Positions 59,904-64,000 of a stretch of DNA of 64,000 bases are shown here, one piece after another; position 1 is the stretch's first letter; every line of letters starts with the position of its first letter. Position numbers and translations under genes: made by a program. Source of the DNA: a virus (taxonomy: Duplodnaviria > Caudoviricetes). The notes beneath the pieces are model-generated. The model was not told the origin of the DNA. It saw only the letters and a program-made list of their open reading frames with translations, and made no database searches. The stretch covers positions 128,001-192,000 of IMG/VR virus record IMGVR_UViG_3300035498_000530; one strand, 5' to 3'.

Positions 59904-61451
59904 ATGGCCACTTATCCAGTTAATAGTAAGATGAGATGTAAACATCCTCATCCTCATAGAAATGTAATGAGAAGTCCAGATTTTTCTTTTTGTGATGGAT
60001 GCCATTATGTTCATTGTATCGGTAATGATACTAGCTGTATGAAAGATTTTTGTCATAAAGATAATTATATCAATCATCCTCACCAGCATTGTAACTTTGA
60101 TGATCCTCATGATCATTATGATGATCACTGGTGTCCATATGATAGATATAAAACTTATCATGGACATATGCATATTGATCCTTGTCATCATGCCCATGAA
60201 ATGGTAACAACACCAGTATATGATTACGATTATGAAAGAAATACATATGTTCCAAATTATAGAGGAGATGCTGGTCTTGTTCTTAATATAGATTATAAAG
60301 TAAAGAATACTATTGATATAGATATTACTTATGAAAATGGTATGTCTCTTGTTGGAGAAGTATCAGAGGGTGGTACATATGATTTTATATATGCTGACTC
60401 TGGTGTTCTTAAAAGAGATGTTGGTATTCTTAATAAGATTACTGTAACTAATGGTACAGTTCCTGATACTAGATTGGGATATTCTCAGCTTACAGACGTT
60501 GCTAGCATATATCTTGAGTTTGATTGTTCTAGTAAAGGAAATTCTCATATAGTAAATCTTGATATTAATCTTCTTAGGTCTATTGCATTAGTAACAGAAG
60601 ATGATACTGATGAAGACGAAGTAGTAATCAAAACTAAAGATGGTACTACATATGAAACAATCTCAGTAGCATTAGATGCTTGTAAAGATGGTGATACATT
60701 ATATGGTAATAGCAAATTTGAAATCAATGAAGATTTGACTGTAGATAAAGCTGTTAGCCTTGATGGTTTCATATTTAATAACTCTAAGTTATCATATGAT
60801 AGTATTGAAACAGAAAATATTGTATATATTACAAACAATACATTTAACAATGGTTCTAGTTTAATAACTACTGGTATTATAGATGAAGTTGTTCTTGATT
60901 CTAATACATTCACTAGCGATATTCCTTATACGGAAGATCTTGGTGTTAGAACTCCTGTAACTATAAATAGTACTGGATCTGTTACTATAACAAATAATAT
61001 ATTTAATAGCATAGAATGCGCATATTATAATGATATAGAACTAGATTCAGAAAATGGAGCTTTAAAGAGTTCTACAATAAGTAATAATAAATTTAATGGA
61101 TCAATATATAATGATGCTATAGTTATAACCAATGTAGAAGAGAATGCTTTAATAGTAATTAAAGATAATGTATTTGAGCATTCTGCTAATCCAATTAAGT
61201 TAAGCAACTATAGTAATGTAGAAGCTATATTTAGATTCATTAATAATACATATCTTCATAGTGATACTAAAGAAGAAGATGCTGGATTTATAAATCTTGC
61301 ACAGATCAACGAAGAGGATTTCTCTAAGTATAGTATTTATATTGAAGAGCTCTACTTCAGAGGTCATCATTTAACAGAAGTCGGAACTGGAGAGAAGAGA
61401 GTATGGTACACAACTGATACTGAAACCATTCCTAAGGTAGTATTCTTCTAA
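59904..61451 (+). CDS. His/Cys-rich N-terminus plus right-handed beta-helix (pectin lyase-like) protein
   Basis: ITNNTF, LDSNTF, ITNNIF, ISNNKF, IKDNVF repeats; late promoter AACA TTCATA TA at 59870-59881. Confidence 0.65.
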   Translation: MATYPVNSKMRCKHPHPHRNVMRSPDFSFCDGCHYVHCIGNDTSCMKDFCHKDNYINHPHQHCNFDDPHDHYDDHWCPYDRYKTYHGHMHIDPCHHAHEMVTTPVYDYDYERNTYVPNYRGDAGLVLNIDYKVKNTIDIDITYENGMSLVGEVSEGGTYDFIYADSGVLKRDVGILNKITVTNGTVPDTRLGYSQLTDVASIYLEFDCSSKGNSHIVNLDINLLRSIALVTEDDTDEDEVVIKTKDGTTYETISVALDACKDGDTLYGNSKFEINEDLTVDKAVSLDGFIFNNSKLSYDSIETENIVYITNNTFNNGSSLITTGIIDEVVLDSNTFTSDIPYTEDLGVRTPVTINSTGSVTITNNIFNSIECAYYNDIELDSENGALKSSTISNNKFNGSIYNDAIVITNVEENALIVIKDNVFEHSANPIKLSNYSNVEAIFRFINNTYLHSDTKEEDAGFINLAQINEEDFSKYSIYIEELYFRGHHLTEVGTGEKRVWYTTDTETIPKVVFF

Positions 61452-61505
61452 TGGATTGATTAATAATTAATGATAATCACATCTAAATAAGGAGGTGAAT
61501 ACTAC

Positions 61506-62231
61506 ATGGCTTATAATGTACCACCATTTCTTAAAAGAGATGGAGAAGCATTGATATTTAATACTGATGGTGAACTTATTTTCTATGTTCCTGAGTATTA
61601 TTTCGAATCAAAGAATGCTTCTATAGTAGGTGAATATGTTAATATTCTTGGAGTATTGGATTATGCTATATTTAATGCTTCAGGAAAATCAAGTGGTTTA
61701 AAACCATTTAGATTTCCGACGATGTTTATGTGTAAACCATCGGAGATAGTAAAAATGAAAGATATTAAACTGACTAAATATACAGAGTCTCAAGATTACA
61801 GATTTTTAAAATTCCGTAAAGGAGACGAAGTAGTAACGTCAGTTAAAGTACCACAAGATGCAGATAATATAGAATTATTGATGCAGTTATTTACAAGTGG
61901 TCATATACCAACAACAATAGCATATGATATTATGTATGAATATTTCATAGAATCAGCACATCTGAATGGAGCCAACTTTGGTATGACTACTCAGCAATTC
62001 GGATTCTTAGTATCTGAAATTTGTAGAGATCCAAAAGATTTAAGTAAACCATTTCGATTATCAAAATCATCTGATATGTATGGATATAAATGTATTAATA
62101 TCAGACAAGTACCAAAATTTGTTAGCCCTTATACTGCTGTAACTAGTGAAAACTGGGACGAGGCTATGGTTAGTGCTGTTCTTAATGATAAGACAGCTGA
62201 TGTACCACAGGAAAAAATAATCATGAACTAG
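61506..62231 (+). CDS. Candidate stand-alone extreme C-terminal beta' fragment of virion RNAP
   Basis: FGFLVSEICRD...SPYTAVTSENWDEAMVSAVL...PQEKIIMN parallels the bacterial beta' C-terminus. Confidence 0.55.
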   Translation: MAYNVPPFLKRDGEALIFNTDGELIFYVPEYYFESKNASIVGEYVNILGVLDYAIFNASGKSSGLKPFRFPTMFMCKPSEIVKMKDIKLTKYTESQDYRFLKFRKGDEVVTSVKVPQDADNIELLMQLFTSGHIPTTIAYDIMYEYFIESAHLNGANFGMTTQQFGFLVSEICRDPKDLSKPFRLSKSSDMYGYKCINIRQVPKFVSPYTAVTSENWDEAMVSAVLNDKTADVPQEKIIMN

Positions 62232-62242
62232 AGGGCTTTACT

Positions 62243-62254
62243 AACATATGAATA
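62243..62254 (+). promoter_or_regulatory. Late promoter
   Basis: AACA TATGAA TA. Confidence 0.65.
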
Positions 62255-62311
62255 AAAGCATTTAGCTTAATTTTAAAAATAAATTATTTTATTAAAAAGG
62301 AGGAAAAAAGA

Positions 62312-64000
62312 ATGTATCCTAGTACGAGATTTTCAATTATAGATAACAGTGCTATAACTACTCCTACTATAACTGATACAAGCCTTTATCAGGTTTTGCA
62401 GATGATTGGCTTTAGTTCAGATCAGGGTCCAGAGAAGTATAACATTGTTTCAGGTAAAAATTTCTTTTCTCTTTATGGTAGCAATATTAGCTTTAAGAAG
62501 CATGGTCAGCCATTGCTTCAGGCTGCTATGGCAATTAATTCAGGTGCAAGACTCTATGCAAAGAGAATTGTAGCAGAAGATTCTGCACTTGCCAATATTG
62601 GTGTAGTTGCAGTTCTTGAAAAGAAAGGCGATGTAATCACTCTTAGATATCAGAAAGCTGTTATTCCTGATGCTAAGGGTACAGAGTATGAAAACTATAA
62701 GAATCATGCTACACTTATTAAGAAAGCATTTAATACATCAGTAGCAAATGTACTTAATAATGGTAATGAGTTTGATGATGATTATTATGATGCTTGCATC
62801 GATAAGACAAATCATACACTCAAGGTTGATGGCCCTGTATACTTCCCACTTTTTGTAATTGCAGAAAATGGTAGAGGTATATCATACAAGTCAATTAAAA
62901 TTATTCCAGATTTCTCTGGTTCTAAATATTATACTTTCATTAAGTATCAGCTTGAGATTAAGAGAGACAATGAAACTCTTCAGACAGTAAACTTTGCTCT
63001 TGATCCTGATACTGTATATGATGGCACAAACCTTTCAGTTGAAAATGCATTTAGATCATCTACTCAGCTTATTTGTAAGCAGAATGCAGATGTAATTAAG
63101 CAGTTTATTAATGCACTTTCAGCTATTCTTGATATCGATGTAGATACACTTAATACATGTGATATTCTTACACTTAGAGATACTAGAAAGCAGTCTCTTA
63201 ATTATAAGAAGGGTGCTAAAGGTAATACAGTTATATATGTTGATAATTCAAATTATTTAACATATAATTTCGATTCAGTAGGCAAAGCTACTAGCGATAA
63301 AACTATATCTGCAGCAGAATTTGATAAAACTGGTAGTAGCACTATTAAATTTGTAACTGGTTATAAATCTTCACATACTGTTGGTGCAGATTGTGAAAAT
63401 GTAGTATCTGTTAAGATTACTAAGATTGCTGGTACTTCATATAGCAATGCTAAATATGCTGATACTACAGCTATTGAACTCGATGCTGCTGCTACTTCTG
63501 GTAATGTTGAAGAGTGGACAGCTAATTTGTCAGACTTTGATACTCTTGATGTTAGTTTGGCTATTACTACACAGGAATATCAGTATACTAAGACTATTAC
63601 AGTAGAAGCTACTTCTGGTACTGTAAAGATTGATCTTGGTGAAATTGATAGTTGGGATGCTAATGATTGGTCACAGGGTACTATTCCTGAAGAAACAGAA
63701 GATACTGCTAGTACTATTAGTCTTCTTTCTGAAGAAGATACAGCAGCAACTACTAAGATCGTTACAGCATATAAAAATAATGATACTAATATCTATTATG
63801 TAATAAATGATGATGGTACAACTACAACTGCATACAATGCAGATGGTACTAAGGCAGATTCAGCCGAAACAAAATCAGCAGATGATGTTACGGATGAATA
63901 CTCATATACAAAATCTGAGTCATTTAGTATTACAGTAGAAACAACAAGTGATACTGTATCAGATGTTACTGATAAGACTACTACTGAAGATAGTACTTCT
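62312..64000 (+). CDS. Tail sheath protein (partial, runs off window)
   Basis: AAGGAGG RBS; MYPSTRFSIIDNS...SDQGPE...FFSLYG...HGQPLLQA...GARLYAKRIV sheath-type N-terminus. Confidence 0.8.
   Translation, partial: MYPSTRFSIIDNSAITTPTITDTSLYQVLQMIGFSSDQGPEKYNIVSGKNFFSLYGSNISFKKHGQPLLQAAMAINSGARLYAKRIVAEDSALANIGVVAVLEKKGDVITLRYQKAVIPDAKGTEYENYKNHATLIKKAFNTSVANVLNNGNEFDDDYYDACIDKTNHTLKVDGPVYFPLFVIAENGRGISYKSIKIIPDFSGSKYYTFIKYQLEIKRDNETLQTVNFALDPDTVYDGTNLSVENAFRSSTQLICKQNADVIKQFINALSAILDIDVDTLNTCDILTLRDTRKQSLNYKKGAKGNTVIYVDNSNYLTYNFDSVGKATSDKTISAAEFDKTGSSTIKFVTGYKSSHTVGADCENVVSVKITKIAGTSYSNAKYADTTAIELDAAATSGNVEEWTANLSDFDTLDVSLAITTQEYQYTKTITVEATSGTVKIDLGEIDSWDANDWSQGTIPEETEDTASTISLLSEEDTAATTKIVTAYKNNDTNIYYVINDDGTTTTAYNADGTKADSAETKSADDVTDEYSYTKSESFSITVETTSDTVSDVTDKTTTEDSTS

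Noticed and set aside
59868-60197. Met/Ile-rich minus-strand ORF
   Set aside because: Antisense shadow of CAT/GAT codons in the His-rich region
242-61207. Other short ORFs overlapping long genes in the ORF track
   Set aside because: Antisense or off-frame, lacking RBS and recognisable motifs
1-64000. Stop-codon reassignment as in some gut jumbo phages
   Set aside because: Genes are full length in code 11, and TAA, TAG and TGA all terminate genes
1-64000. CRISPR array
   Set aside because: No regularly spaced repeats; only one 57-bp pair and coding repeats

Overview
This AT-rich 64 kb window is the core region of a jumbo myophage of the AR9/PBS1-like (phiKZ-related) group. Strong AAGGAGG Shine-Dalgarno sites point to a Firmicutes host. 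It encodes split phage RNA polymerase beta' subunits (virion and non-virion types), a candidate sigma-like fifth subunit, a family-B DNA polymerase half, primase, SF2 helicase, GroEL-like chaperonin, dCTP deaminase, terminase, prohead protease, major capsid protein, baseplate genes, a partial tail sheath and tRNA-Lys(UUU). Two phage promoter classes can be read from the intergenic DNA: late AAC(A/T)-N6-TA and early ATATTAT-core. The most interesting signal is an apparent capsid-cargo system. Many late proteins share an N-terminal MG(L/I)F tag and hydrophobic-X-E sites of the type cut by prohead proteases. One 1247-aa polyprotein strings four unrelated domains between such sites, ahead of an internally initiated core protein. 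All product calls come from motif recognition by eye; no database search was run.
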